This document shows, piece after piece, positions 47,687-61,522 of a DNA stretch of 64,000 bases. The translations under genes and the position numbers were made by a program. Source of the DNA: Sphaerodactylus townsendi (lineage: Eukaryota); assembly GCF_021028975.2 (NCBI RefSeq), contig NC_059427.1, positions 121,334,001 to 121,398,000 on the forward strand, read 5' to 3'. Under the pieces are notes generated by a model. It ran no database searches. It was not told the origin of the DNA and saw only the letters and a program-made list of their open reading frames with translations. Every line of letters starts with the position of its first letter. Position 1 is the stretch's first letter.

Positions 47687-47827
47687 GTAGCCTCCAACTA
47701 CAGGGCCCAGCGTAATTTTTGCATAGAAATGTCAAAAGTAAGCCAGAATTTGCCAGGTAGGATACAACATGTTCGACAAGTGTTACAAGCCGCCAGCACA
47801 GTCTTTCTTTAGCATATTTCTGTTAAT

Positions 47828-49320
47828 GGTAGATTTGATTTAAATCATGATTTTTTTTAAATCTAAGAGACTCATTCTTCCTGGTATAAACTTTTAACAT
47901 TTTCAACCAGAAGGGTTCATTTTTTTAGAAAAATAAATTCTCAAGATTAGTTTTACAGTTGTATCAAAAAATTACTGATTTATTCTTATTATTAGGTATC
48001 ACATTGATTGCTAATTGTGAGGGGTATTGCAAAATACGCGAACTATCACCAGTTTAATAGGTTGTAATCATTCATATTTGAGGACAGCTTTCTGCTATAC
48101 TTAATGGTTAAATAAGTGTAAATAATCATTGCCATCGAATAACAATTTTTTAAAATGAAGTTTGCTTCGCAAAACTGTTCACCGCCATTATAGATGTATG
48201 TAATCCTTGAATTTGCTTAAACATCCATATTTGTTAACTGATGTGGATTTAGAAGCAAAATATCTTTTAAAACTTTACATCAACAGCCAGGCATGCACAA
48301 GAAAAAATTTCAAGACATCGCGCATCCTTTACTCAACCTCATTTTCCCTAATTTATGTCCATTATCTTGGAAAGAAGAAACAAGATTTCCGCTATCAGCT
48401 CCCAAACAAATTTCTCAGCTTGGAATGAATTAAATCCAAGGGAAGTGAGCTACTGCCGTTAAAAGTGGTACCAATCATTACTTCAACAGTCCTGAAATCC
48501 AAATGCTTAATAATAAGTGGACTTGCACTAGTTTACATTGCCCTGACTTTCTTTAAGACATCAGCAGCAAATATATATGTCTTGAATTGTTTATTATAGC
48601 TGGCATGTACTGCTGGATGATTCCTGGATATCCATCAGTCATATCCATTTTCATAGCTTAACTCTTCTAATGATGTCTTGAAAGTAAAGTCCCAGCTAAC
48701 TCTTCTTTTCCTGCACTTAAGATTTCATCCCCTATCAATGGATATTGACAATATTTTTTCACTTTTAAAACGTGAGCTGAAAACAGCAATTTGTCTCATT
48801 CTTTTAAAATGCTTGTGGAATTCTAATTCCCAGGCAGTTTGGAATTATTTTATAATTTAATTCTGTTCAGTTTTGTTTTTTAAGAGCTCCTTGTGCAAAG
48901 CCATAAACTTAGCACTTAAGACTTAAGGGGTTGATTCTGTGTACATAGATTTTAAAATGAGACAATGGGTCTAAGGTCTTTTCTCAGCTCTGTATGTTTT
49001 TTATAACACTTTTGCAGTGAAAGAAGAAGCATGTTATCTCTGGGTAGTTACAAATTTAATAGTTTTGCAAAGCCTTACAAAACAAACATTTGCTTATAAT
49101 GTTCTCTCTAGGTAGAAATAGAAACAATAGGTAATTAGGTAAAACTGTCCCTTATTTCACTTGATGAATAACTTTTCAATTATATTATATCTTAAAAATA
49201 AAACTATAGAAAGATATTTCCTTTTAAAAGTTGTCTATTTAAAAAAATCCAATTTAAAAATCTGATTTAAACCCCAAACATGCTGATTGTTTTAATTTGA
49301 TTTTTTTAATTCACTCCTGC
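47828..49320 (-). mobile_element. Decayed hAT transposon with transposase C-terminal remnant
   Basis: Minus-strand broken frames FKTYIFAADVLKKV..., LLTAVA, IHSKLRN (hAT dimerisation region); GATTTAAA motifs at both ends. Confidence 0.65.
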
Positions 49321-49479
49321 CCAGATCAAATTGGTAGGACTTTAAAGGTCAATTCCAGTACCTGCTCAATTGAGCCTGGGGAGCAAACTTAGAAGCCAGT
49401 GCAGGTGGGACAAGACTGGAGTGATAAAGGTTCCTACAACTCCCCATTCCCAGTCAGCCTCTGACTGCAGTATTCTGTA

Positions 49480-50400
49480 CCAAATGTCTTAGCTTTCTGG
49501 AAAGCCCTTCTAGAGCAGCCCCTCATAGCTGTTAATACTATACCAATATAACCCTAGATGTTACCTTGGGGCATGCACCAGAGTGGCAAGACCTTATTCG
49601 CCCAGGAAGCGACTGCAGCTGGCTCAGTAGTCAAAACTGGTGACCACCACCACTGCCACTTGTTTGTCCAACAGGAGGCCTCCAGGTCCAGGAACACCTC
49701 CAAGATTCAACTCTATACCTTTTAGAGAGAGTGCAACCTCTATCAACAACAGGAGATAAACCCATTTTTCTGATTCAGACCTTTCCCCTACCAGAAGCAC
49801 CTCTGGTTTGTTGGGATTAAGTTTCACCTTTATGAGGCCTCATCCATTCACTGAATTTTTTCCCTAAGCACCTCTTTCACATTTTCCACAGCCTCTGGGA
49901 GTTTGCTTATAGCACAAGTTAGAGCTGAGTGTCATTTGTATGTATTGATGGCAGCTCAGCCCACATATCCAGATGACTTCTCCCAGTGAGCTTTACCCAT
50001 AGATGCTGCAAAAAAACATGTGGAACAAGATGGAACCTTGGGGAACCCTATTGTACAAAGGTCAAGGGTCAAAGCAGCAGCAGTCATCCAGAACTACAAT
50101 CTGAAATCTACCCCTCAAGAGAGGACTGGAGCCACCAAAGCGACAGTTTCTTCCAATCTCAAAGGTAATCCAAAATGATACCATGATTGATGACATCCAA
50201 AAGCTACCAAGAGGTCCAGGAGAATAAAACCAGGTTGCATTCCTCCCTGGGTCCATCTCTCCCACTGAATGCCATCCACCATGGTATCAAGGCTCGAGTT
50301 TTGAAGTTTCACAGAACCAGGCCTTCCTGAAACCAGATTTGAATGGATCACTCGAACCAGGCCTGAAACCAGATTGAAATGAAAGGGTTGGCTCCATTGA
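49480..50400 (-). mobile_element. L2-like LINE RT remnant
   Basis: KLNPNKPEVLL and ILLDLLVAF in broken frames; boundaries approximate. Confidence 0.7.
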
Positions 50401-51384
50401 CAAACACTTTGCTCAAGATTTATCCCATATCAAGATGTTCGCTATTATCATTTTCTCCTCTAGGAGTGATAAATATTGGATACAATTTGTTTTTTCCACA
50501 TTGCCTATAGGATATTCAAAGTAATTTGACAGGTAGGAGCATAGTTTACATCAGGCTACATTGTGATGACTGTGTCGAAATGAGGCTAAGTTGGAAAGTC
50601 AGTACAGAATTGGGTATTTTGAAAATCTCTCTCTTTTTTTAAAACAGGCTTCTAATCTTCAAGTCTGCAAAGATAAGAAACTTTGAAAGATAGTATACCC
50701 AGTTGGGGCAGGGTTCCATCACCCGGCATAAATCTTTGACATTTCTCATGGAATACTGCAGGATAATTTATGCTACATAATAAAATAGATGTACATTTAA
50801 ATCATATATAGAAGTGGAATTATGGATTGTTTTGATGAGAATCTTGACTTTTAAAAATACTTGTTAAATATACACCACGGTATGTTTGAAAATATAATAA
50901 ATATGAGTAAGTGAGGTTTGATCTTGGATTCTCACTTGTACTTCAGAGAACAAGATTTCGTAAAATAGTTTTCCTGATCTGTGTTTGTGTAAGTGGATGG
51001 GAAGGATATCTCCCAGGGGTTGGATCAGAAGAACTAGGAAGAAAATTGTAGCTGCCTTGGGCTTCTCTTTCTTTTTCTTTCTTTTTTTGGCAGTGTATCA
51101 CTTCTCTCATGGCAAGCATGTAAATGGGCCAGGTCCTCTGAGTATAATTCTCTTCTACTGCTGCTGATTGATTTGTGAATGTTTAATATTGATGTCATAG
51201 CTTTAGTAATGATTCGTTTGCATACTTGAGGCGTACTAATTGAAAATTAGTAGCAAAGTTTTGAAAATAAAGATGGGGCTACCTCAGTGGCAGCTTATTA
51301 ATGTTACTAACCTGTCTTCTAAATGCGGGTTGCGGGGAGGAAACAAATGAGGTAATGAAGAAACAGGACCAAGATTTCAGAATA

Positions 51385-52862
51385 TTGAATTTATTTACAT
51401 CCAAAATGTATTATTATTTGCCTTTCTACCTTATAGAAATCAAGGCAACTTACAATTTAAACAACACTCAAACTCAATAAAATACATCAAAGTCAATAAC
51501 TTTAAACTATTTATAGGCAATAAAAATGAAATTTATGGAATACTGTCATGAATAAAACTGTCTTCAGCTGCCTCATGAAAACTGAGAGTGAGGGGTCCAG
51601 GCATATCTCCCTGGGGAAGTTGTTCCATAATCATCATGGGATCGTTATCACTGAAAAATTCTTGACTTGTAAAATCTTACCCAGAATGAAGCTTTACTTG
51701 ATGGGGATAGTCAAGATACCCTGCGGTATTAGTAGCTGGGGTATGAATATGTGGGGAATAGGTCTGTGGGTCTACAGGGAAGCACAGGAGTTATTTGTGT
51801 ATTTCCTGTGTTATGCAGGATGTTGGATTAGATGACCCTTGAGATCCCTTCTAGCTCTATGTTTCTAAGATGGTCTTTCAGATATGTCAGTTCAAAGCCA
51901 TGAAGAGTTTTAAAGGTCAAAGCCAACACCTTGAGTTAGGCTTGGGAGTGAATCAGAAGCCAGTGTAATTGCTGAAATATTGGGGTCACATGAACCCAGT
52001 AACTGGCCCCAACTAGCTGTTTAGTTGCAGCATTCTGCAACTCTTCTGAAGCCGCCATCTGTTCCCGCGGCATTCCTGACTAACGTACTGCAGTCTAGAT
52101 ATGGAACTGGCGTAAGGCATGGGTAATTGTGCTTAGGTTAGAAAGAGAGAGCCGTGAATGGGGCAACAGCCGAACTCAAGTGAGACACATGTTCTTACTA
52201 CCGCAGCCCCCGATTTTTTCTTAGGTGCATCGCTGTGTTGAACAGCACTCCCAAGCTACAAACCCTGACATACCAAGGGGGTGTAAAGCGGTAAGCAACT
52301 CACCAAGGCAGGGGATATCTACAAGTCCCTATACTCTGCTTTTCAGTTGTTCCCTGAGCACATCTGTCATGTCAGGGTAAAGTTTCAGCTTGTTCAGTTT
52401 CATGCAACCCATTACTGACTCCAAGCTCTGATTTAGAAGGTCAGCAGCTTCTGTAGAATTACATGGAAAAGATAGGTAGAGTTAGGTATCAAATTCTCAC
52501 ATCACAACCCAGACCTCCTGAGGACCTCTCCCAGTTGCTTCATGTAGAGATTAAATAGCATGTGAGATAAGTTCAAGCCCTGAGGATTCCCACAAGCCAT
52601 TGGTCCTTCAGCACCACCTTCTGGGACCAGCCTCCCAAATAGGACTCAAGCCTCTGTGACCCAATGCCCCTTAGTCCCAGCTCCAAGAGGCAGACCAGTA
52701 GGATAACATGGTCAACGTTATCAAACACCACTGAGAGATCCATCAGAACTAGCAGTGTCACACTCCCACATCTAGTTTTTGGTAGAGGCTATCAATCAAG
52801 GTGGCCAAAGCAGTCTGTGTTCCAAATCCTGACCTAAGGCCAGATTGACACAGGTGTAGAAA
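51385..52862 (-). mobile_element. L2-like LINE remnant with a CR1-type fragment inserted near 51750-51868
   Basis: TLLVLMDLSVVFDNVDHVILL matches the RT motif LVLLDLSAAFDTVDH. Confidence 0.7.
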
Positions 52863-53278
52863 ATCGATAGGGTAGGAAACCTTTGTGAAGTATACTTGAT
52901 GTTGTACATGGTCGAATGCAGAACACTAATGTCAGAAAACTGTAAACAGTGTCTCTGTGATATTACAGAGTCACAGAAGGATGTACAGAGGTGATGCCAG
53001 GATTATACTGTGAGATGTTAGTTTTAATTTGTATGTTCATGAACAATGGCTACATCAGGGCTTACTAAAACAGTTGTGTAGGCACTCTCCTTGTCACTTT
53101 CAGGTGAACAAATCAAACAGGTTTTTTTAAAACAGTGCTTTTTAAGATCACAAATGTGGTCTGTATGTGTGTGAACGCAGGGCTAATACAAAAAAAAAAA
53201 AACAAAATGAGTAAGCTCTCAGAATCTCCCATTTACCTATCACTGAAATTCTTTAGAGATTCTTCTGAAGTTTCTAGG

Positions 53279-53427
53279 CAGGGGTAGAGATACCTGCGGC
53301 TCTCCAGATGTTCAGGAACTACAATTCCCATCAGCCCCTACCAGCATGGCCAATTGGCCATGCTGACAGAGGCTGATGGGAATTGTAGTTCCTGAACATC
53401 TGGAGAGCCACAGGTTCCCTACCCCTG
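53279..53427. mobile_element. Palindromic hAT MITE
   Basis: CAGGGGTAG...CTACCCCTG; fully self-complementary; imperfect TSD tttctagg/ttctagag. Confidence 0.85.
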
Positions 53428-53769
53428 TTCTAGAGGTAGAAAGTAGATAGCAGTTTACTGGTGGAATACTTATTATTTTCTAACAGTCCACTTCAAACCT
53501 GCTAAATGCTTCATCAGCATGCCAGTTCTTAAGAAGAGTGTGATTCAAAATTAGTTGATTTAGATTAATTGTGCCTTAAATGCTAGAAGATGCTGAGTAT
53601 TTTTTATTTATTTAAAAAGAATTAGCTCAGCCTTTCTCCAGGAGCTCAAAGTGACAAATGTGCTTCCCTCATTCCTGTTTTATGTATTTGAGGTATATTA
53701 GACTGAGAAATAGTATCTGGCCAAGTATCTGTTTAATTCTCAATTCTAAAAAATAAGGCCTGTTTGACA

Positions 53770-53929
53770 GTGGAATGCACTACCTCGGAGTGTGGTGGAG
53801 TCTCCTTTTTAGGTTTTTAAAGAGAGGCTGGATGGCCATCTGACAGGAGTGTTTGATTGTGTGTTCCTGCATTGCAGCGGGTTGGACTTGATGGCCCTTG
53901 GGGTCGCTTCCAACTCTATGATTCTATGA
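53770..53929 (+). mobile_element. CR1 3' end
   Basis: gagaggctggatggccatctg...ttccaactctatgattctatga tail. Confidence 0.8.
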
Positions 53930-54360
53930 GTAGGGATTTGAACCCAGGTCTCCTTGATTCTAGGCAAACAACCTTGCTTTGCAAATCAGAAATACATCAG
54001 TAGACTCTGAGGATGCCAATAAAATAAAATAAATCATGCTGGGCTGCACCATCCAGTTCTTTGTCAATGTATTCACCAAATTAAGTTATTCAGACAATTT
54101 GTATTTTAGTTTGTCTGGTAAGATTTTTCCTTTCCTTGTCCTTTCTTCGTTCCTGTAACAGTCAACTTGATTCCATTTGCTGTTTTTGTAATATAATCCA
54201 GACATTTATTGCTATGCCCCAAGAATGGACAATTTTTCATTCTCTCACGTTCCTGATCAATTCTGTAAAAAGCAGATTTAATCATCTGTGCTGATCTGAG
54301 CAGAACAAGTGAATCACAAATCTTTGTTGGTACTTTGTGTTCTCTACAATTGCCACTTGC

Positions 54361-54482
54361 AAAATTTATGAAAGGCAGGCCTTGAGATAATCAAGTTTGA
54401 TTCATGTTTTCATTGAGAAATAAAATTTATGAAAGGCAGGCCTTGAGATAATCAAGTTTGATTCATGTTTTCATTGAGAAAT
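54361..54482. repeat. Perfect 61-bp tandem duplication
   Basis: 54361-54421 is identical to 54422-54482. Confidence 0.9.
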
Positions 54483-55021
54483 AAAAAAGAAAACATTGAG
54501 AAATAAAACTCCAGTGAGTGCAACAGTGCCAGGTATAAAACAAGAATATAATCTATGTTCAAGAGAATGTTAGGATTTTCCCCAAAACTTATCAGGGCCT
54601 TCATAGTGAGAAAATCAGTAATACTGGACAGCTTCCCTGAAAGATAACTTGTTGAGGGTTATTAATCTTCTCTTGTTATCTGCAGCTACAAATGAATACA
54701 GGACTCAATCCCAGTTTAAGGGGGCAACAGTTAAGCATACAAGTCCTGAGCTATGCTACATATGGGCTGAGAATATGCCCCTTGAATACCCTGCAGTATG
54801 CAGGCCTTTCATGGCAGACACATAGGTATTCCTTGGAAGGTGAACTGATGTGGAAAGATATTCTGAAGTATTGTATTATAAGAACAAGGCATAGAAATCC
54901 CAAAGATTTAAGATCTACCTGATTCTCAAATGCCAAGAATGCTTTCATAATCCAAAAGCCAGACAGCAAAAAGAGTCTAGAGGAGTAGACTGTGGCACTT
55001 TACAGATTGATTGGTTTCTTT

Positions 55022-55985
55022 GGTCGATTCTGCACAGCATAATAATGAGTTATAATAATAATAATAATGAGTTATATCCATTCTTTTTTAATCCAGGTCT
55101 ACCGTTTTTGTCCTTTGCATGGGTGCCTGTTTTCTGTGAAGAAAACAATACGTTTTCTTTCTGCCCCTTTGCACAAACCCACTTTTCTTTTACAATGCAA
55201 ATGCACAGGCACAAATATCCTGTTTTTCCTGCGTTCTGATTGGCTGTTCCATCACCACAGTCCCCCTTCCACCCACTCCCATCCTCTGCTAAGGGACCGC
55301 TTCTGATTGGTGAAGAATCTACAGCAACCCTGGCAGCCCAAGCAGGACCTCCCCCTCACATTTCTACAGCTTATGGGAAAAAAAGGTTAGGGCTTTGAAA
55401 CCACAACGCATGTAAACATAAAGCATGCAACCTTCCCCCCAACATTGTGATATACAAAATAATAAAATCTGTCCAAAAAGGGAGCAAAGCGATATGTCCC
55501 ATCCACATTCAAAGATGTGCATCTACCTAGCTGTATGTTCTGAACGCCCAAAAAGTAATTTTAAAAATGGAAATGGGACTTCCAGTGGCCCCATTTGTTG
55601 TGAATCTGTTGCTGTTCACATTTGGGTGAAATGGCACTCGCAGTCACTGCCGAGAGGAGAAAACATGCTTGGGGATGTTTCTGAAATGGCGGGCCATCAC
55701 ACTGGTTGACAGCGCAGCAGAAACAGAACTGATATGACGTAACACAGGAGACTGTGTGGGGGGCCAGAAAAATAAAGCGGTTGGGTGCCTGTACTGTTCC
55801 TTTGGAAGCAGGTTCAACCTGGGATTTTTCAAAAAGATTGTGATTATGGTGTTTTAAAAAAAACTGGGTTGAGGAAAATATAACGATTCAATCCCCTTTT
55901 GGGAAAGGGACCCATGCAAAGTTCTTCCCCAAACTGGAATATTCCCTTCGTCAACCCGTTATATTTCCACCATGCGGAATCAACC
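55022..55985. mobile_element. ~960-bp non-autonomous Harbinger-like element
   Basis: TIRs ggtcgattctgca / tgcggaatcaacc; 3-bp flanks ttt/ttt. Confidence 0.6.
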
Positions 55986-56567
55986 TTTGTCATGGCATGA
56001 ATATTTATAGGCAAGTGCCTTTGTTATCAAATACGTGAAAGTACAGATGCACTGGAAGCAGGATAACCACTGGAGTTGAATCAGCCAAAACTTTGCCCTT
56101 TCGTTCCATTCAAATAAAAGGGACAAAAGTTCTTAATTTTGGATGGTTTGCTCCCTTGATTATTAAGTGGCTGCAAAGGGCTGTCTTGATCTTTAGAATA
56201 TTATGAACTGTTGAAGATTGTTGAGCATTTTCAAGTCTTCCGTACTTTGACTAGTCTATGAGAAATGTTCCGTGAATAAAACTGGCAATGTATCTGCAAC
56301 TCATTACTGGAGAAATTGGCAGACGTGGAACAAAATGGCAAATGGGAGGTGATGAATGAATGCTTGTTTCACTTTCTGGAGGTCATTTTTATAATATGTT
56401 CGTTGCACTCAGTTGATTTAGAAACAGTTTCATGGCATGTAGCATTTGAGACTGATCTGAGGTATGTTGAAGCCAAGGAATTGGCTTTATATCCTGGCTC
56501 TTTCTGAGCATGGGGCTTGGGGTTCCCATTGTGACAGAAATCCTGGAACCTTACTAGGGCACAAGAG

Positions 56568-56720
56568 TAGAATCATAGACTCATAGAGTTGGAAGAGATC
56601 CCAAGGGCCATCAAGTCCAACCCCCTCAATGCAGAATCACACAATCAAAGCGCTCTTGACATATGCTCATTCAGCCTCTGTTTAAAAACCTCCAAAGAAG
56701 GAGACTCCAGCACTAAACAC
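56568..56720 (-). mobile_element. CR1 3' end
   Basis: tagaatcatagactcatagagttggaagagatcccaagggccatcaagtccaacccc. Confidence 0.8.
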
Positions 56721-57611
56721 CTAACACCTAAAGTGTCTGGGAACTTGGACACCTGGGGGATTACATTCAGATGCCAATTTGTTTCCATTCCACACGGTAC
56801 CATCCCAACAGAGTTAATCCTTCTTGGAGAAAAGACAACCTGGTTTGGCCCAGACCACCTACTTGTCATGGAAGTCCTGTGCCATTTCCAGATGCTTGAT
56901 GAGGGTAGAACTATATTTAATACATCTCTGATTGTAACAGTTGCATCTGATATCAAAGATTGGACTTTGAAAGGAGGCTGGTTTAGATCGCATTCCATTG
57001 ACCATACATATCTGTGGGCTTTTCCTTTGTCTTCACCTTTCAGTCTTCAGCAGAAACTAGGTCCACAGGATTGCTTTTTATTTGAAAATCTCTGTGCTGT
57101 GTATCTTGTGTGCCTTCCTTGTATTTTGGTTTGCCCTTTCCGCCACTTTTCCTTTTTTCCTCTCTTTTATAAAGACTTGATTTTTTGTTTTGCTTAGTAC
57201 CATTTACTCCTCTGTGATCTTTCTCTGAATCTCTTCTCTAAGTGCTTGACTGCATGAATGCTACATAGTTGCTTATAAGGTATTTTTCTAGGGTTTCTAT
57301 CTTGTCACTTCATTATTGCTGTAGTCCTGCACTAGACAGTTACCTTCTTTGTGGGTCAGTCTTGATGTTCTCAGGAAGTTTCTGAGTGGTGCTGCTGGTT
57401 AACAGAGTATTTTCCAGGGAGCTCTTTCTCTGAGTTTCCCAACAAGAAAAGACATCATGTCCCCCCTTCCTTCCATAACACACACTCCATAAAGTCTTTT
57501 GAAAGCAAAAAGGGGCTGAGTATTTTAGCTCTAAGCCACTATCCTGTCCAAGAAAACAAGGTCCTTTTGTTTGTATCTTGACCTAACATACTTGTTGTTT
57601 CATTTCATCAG

Positions 57612-57696
57612 ATAAAGCCACCAACCCTCTGAATAGACAAGAAGACTGGGAATACATTATTGGCTTCTGTGATCAGATCAACAAAGAACTTGAAGG
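57612..57696 (+). CDS. GGA3: GGA3 coding exon 2 (85 nt), VHS domain
   Basis: (N)KATNPLNRQEDWEYIIGFCDQINKELEG; cag acceptor and gtatgt donor; not in the ORF track. Confidence 0.96.
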
Positions 57697-58883
57697 GTAT
57701 GTGTACAAAACCACTCAACCATTCAAGATTTTATGGTAGAAGCTGAAAGCTGGCATTCCCAGTGCTTTACTTAGTATGATTCATGAGCAAGTTAGAAGTG
57801 GGGTAGTTATTTGCCGTAGTTTGCTAGGAATTTTGATAGGCACTGATCATTTTCATTCATCTAAACATGAAAAAGCAGCAAAGAAGTTCTGACTGTAAAA
57901 GAGGCTGGCCCTTTTCAGAGGCTGTGACAAAACAACCTAAGGTTGTGGCGAAGTCTCATTCCGTCACAGTAATCACAACCACTGGCATCCATGGAGTTTT
58001 TTAATGCCTCTAAAAGTGTTTGCTTATTTCTGTGAAACTTAGAAATATTTAGAAGCTTAGAAATATTTAGCCTACCAAGAAAATGAAGGGAAGAAAATCA
58101 CAGTCTATCATGACTACATGTTCAATTTTGGGGTATACCACCAATCAAATAAAGGCGTTCCTGACTTGACATACCCAACCATGTAAGGACAAAACATTTG
58201 ATATCAGAAAAGGATTTTAAAGCTACAGAATGCTGGGTGTGTGTGTGTGTGTTTCTGCTACATTTTACAAATCTCATAACAAAATTTCATAAAGCCTTAA
58301 AGAGGGAATTGGCAATCAACACTCACAGATCATTTTGGTTCACAAGAGGGACCAAAGTAAAATCTTGGGTTGGATCCTGTGATCTGTCAGCAGCTTGCCC
58401 TTCCCCCAGCAACTATTTCTAAGCCCTGGAAGGTTTATTCCTGATGTCGTAGGATCCACATGGAGCAATAGGCACATAGGGGGACTGCAGTGGGAAAGAC
58501 AAAGGGCGCACAACTGGTTCACCTCTTGCATCAACAGAGGTTAGCAGACAAAAGAGAAAACAGAGGACAGTTTTGCTCCCTTCCCCCTTTCCCACTGCAG
58601 TCTTCATCTTGCATGGCTTTTATTCAGTTAAGGTCTTGGGACCCCTATAATAAACCTTTCTACAGTCAGAAATGGCTGCTGAGGAGAGAGGAGCATGGAA
58701 CAGTGGGAATCATCGTCCTGGGTGCAGACTCTTGACAGTTTCAGCATTCTTTCTTGCCTTTTACTTTCAGAATATTTTTGGCCTTTATATTTGCAGAGCA
58801 AACCTTAAGATCTGTTTGTAACATATGTAGTGACATCTCCAAAAGCAGGTGAAAAATGATAATTTTCTACTTATTTGTTCCAG

Positions 58884-58959
58884 TCCACAGATAGCTGTGA
58901 GGTTGCTGGCTCATAAAATCCAGTCACCACAGGAATGGGAAGCAATCCAAGCTTTGACT
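58884..58959 (+). CDS. GGA3: GGA3 coding exon 3 (76 nt)
   Basis: PQIAVRLLAHKIQSPQEWEAIQALT; cag acceptor and gtaagt donor. Confidence 0.96.
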
Positions 58960-59870
58960 GTAAGTACACCTTATAAAAAGTCCCCCCTTCCTTCCAGCTG
59001 TCTTTGCCCAAGAATCAGAGGGCCTTCCCCCTTCTCTCTTCTCTTTTCTTCTTCACTAGCCACCCACATCCTTTATTTCTTTACCTGTAGCTTGAGGCTC
59101 AGATAGGCACTAGGTGCGTGTGGATTTGGGTGGTGCTTCACACACACCCTGCTCCCTGGCCAGCCAAATGTCTGCAGCCCAATCAGGAGTTCCTTGTCTG
59201 TTTTGAGGATAAGCTATGAGGTGCCCTGGATGAGAGTCTTTGGCCACAGTCTGAGATCTTTACCAGGAAAAGATTTTTATTTACCAAAAGAGAATCTCCA
59301 TTCACTAGAGCAAGGCTTATCACTACCGGAAAACAGGCGTGATCCAGAAACGATTTTCATTACAAGATTGTTATTCACAACGAACCGTAAGGCCGTTAAA
59401 GAAAACATGTGAGGCTAAGATAGTTGTACAGTCACGGGTTTTCCATTGTCATTTCCTTCCCTGGAATGGATGCAAGTGTGTTAGAAGTTTGACATAGAGA
59501 CTGGTCAAGATGTACTTCACTCCATTGCTGTCCTGTTTCCTGGACGTTAGCTTTTGCCTCTGACAGTGCTCACATCTTTTAAACACTTTCTGGCCTAGCT
59601 GTATCTTTCTTCCAGTTACTTCAAGGTACACGTCTCAAAACCTTTCAGACCTACCTGTCTTAAAGGTCATCTATCTTGCCTCTTCCTGATAGGTGGGCAA
59701 GTGGTCACTTTATCCTGCCTGTTTGTATCTATAAAGGAATCTTATCTCCTCTCAGTCTACAATCTGAGAAGTTTATGGTTCTTTTTTCCCAAAGAAAGTA
59801 TGTTTTCTCTGAGATCAGGACTTCCCTAAGTGTTAATCAAGGCATATTGCATCTGTTCATCATAACATTC

Positions 59871-60152
59871 AGCATGGTGTAGTGGATAAGAGCAGGTGGA
59901 TTCTAATCTGGAGAACTGGGTTTGATTCCCCACTCCTCCATCTGAGTGGCAGAGGCTTATCTGGTGAACCAGATGTATTTCAGCACTCCTACATTCCTGC
60001 TGGGTGACCTTGGGCTAATGAAGTTCTTCTGAACTCTGTCAGCCCCACCTACCTCACAAGGTGTCTGTTGTGGGGAGAGGAAGGGAAAGGAGTTTGTAAG
60101 CCAGCTTTAGACTCCTTACAGAAGAGAAAGATGGGGTATAAATCCAAACTCT
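59871..60152 (+). mobile_element. tRNA-derived squamate SINE (Squam3-like)
   Basis: tggtgtagtggataagagcaggtg...gggtttgattcccc head; ends tataaatccaaactct. Confidence 0.8.
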
Positions 60153-61522
60153 ACATTGGTTTTTAAAATTCCCAGTATACATGCTGACTGTCCTTCTCCA
60201 TTTGTACATTCATATGTTGCACGGTCTTGAATCTAGCTTCCTAATGCTGCAATGAAATACACTTTCTTGAGTTTAGACTTCACTGAACATAGTGGATTTG
60301 CTTCTGAGTAAATGAGAGTAAGATATGCAAGATTAATCTGACCTTTTGTTTGAAAATAAGTGTCCAGCCTTCCTAGTTGTGAAGGGAAGTTTGCGGACGT
60401 GCCTGTGGTGTCTCCTCAAGGCTTTGGACAATGTTTAGAGGAGCAGTGCCTGGGACTTGAGCAATTAATGTTAATTTTCCATGATAACTCATTGCTGCCT
60501 CTTTATCCTCACTGGACCCCTTCTCCTCTCCCCATGTCCTCCCCTCTCTCTTTCTTGGCTTGTCATTCCAGTCCTTGCCAATATATTCGGGAGCTTACAA
60601 GCACATCCAGATAACTTATGTTCATTATATATGAATATCTGTACCTGGAGTGTATTTTAATGATGTCTTTTCATGTTGATGGCCTTTCCATTAAGTCCGG
60701 CGTTATTGTATCAGATTATGTATTAAAGCCCCTTATTTCTTGTGTTACATCTTGTTTTGCTATCAAAGCAATTCTGTTTCTTCTGTATGTGTCATTTTCT
60801 AACTAAAACTGTTTGTAATTTACTGGCTGAAAATGTCCACTGTATTTCTCTCAGTCCCAGGATTTTGGAGTTTAAAAGCTCAATTTCTCATTCTTTGATT
60901 TAAATTGTACCTTGATTTATACTTTGCACTTTCCCTATTCCTGCTATATGTGTCAAAAAGCTTTGGACTTTTCCTTTTGTATCCACTCACATCAACAACT
61001 GAATATACTTCAGTTTTTAATACAGTTGCCTCATTAAGAATAGCGCTATTCAGATTTGTCCTTGGCTCTTCGCCAGCAACTAGTTGAGTGCCATTGTCCT
61101 GGAAGTCTTCTCTTCCAGCACATATGAAAGAGAGAGAGTGTGTTTTGGATTGTTTCATCATTGGATTTTAAGGTATGAAATGATCGGAAGTGGTTTGCCA
61201 TTGCCCTCTGCACAGTACTAACCAGGGTTAGCTGAAGTGGCACTGTCATTGTCTATGATATATCCTCCATTAGCATCACCTTTGAAAGGTACCAGTCACA
61301 CTTTTAACATCTATGTATATTGAAATCTAAATGCATAGCCCCTTTGAAAATGAGATGTCCAACTATGGGATCAGCCACACAGAAACATCCTGGCTTCTCC
61401 TTCCCACATAATGTGGTCTGCATAGGACTTTTACATAAACATGGTATAGTGCTGAAAGTAATATATTGCTCAGGTAGTGAAGCTGGGATGAATACACAGA
61501 TAAAACTGGACCTGGATAGTCC

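Noticed and set aside
56589-57197. 202-aa plus-strand ORF in GGA3 intron 1
   Set aside because: Starts at a TTG inside an antisense CR1 tail; no domain and no clear splice support
59871-59940. tRNA gene
   Set aside because: The A/B-box-like head belongs to a multi-copy SINE; no complete cloverleaf
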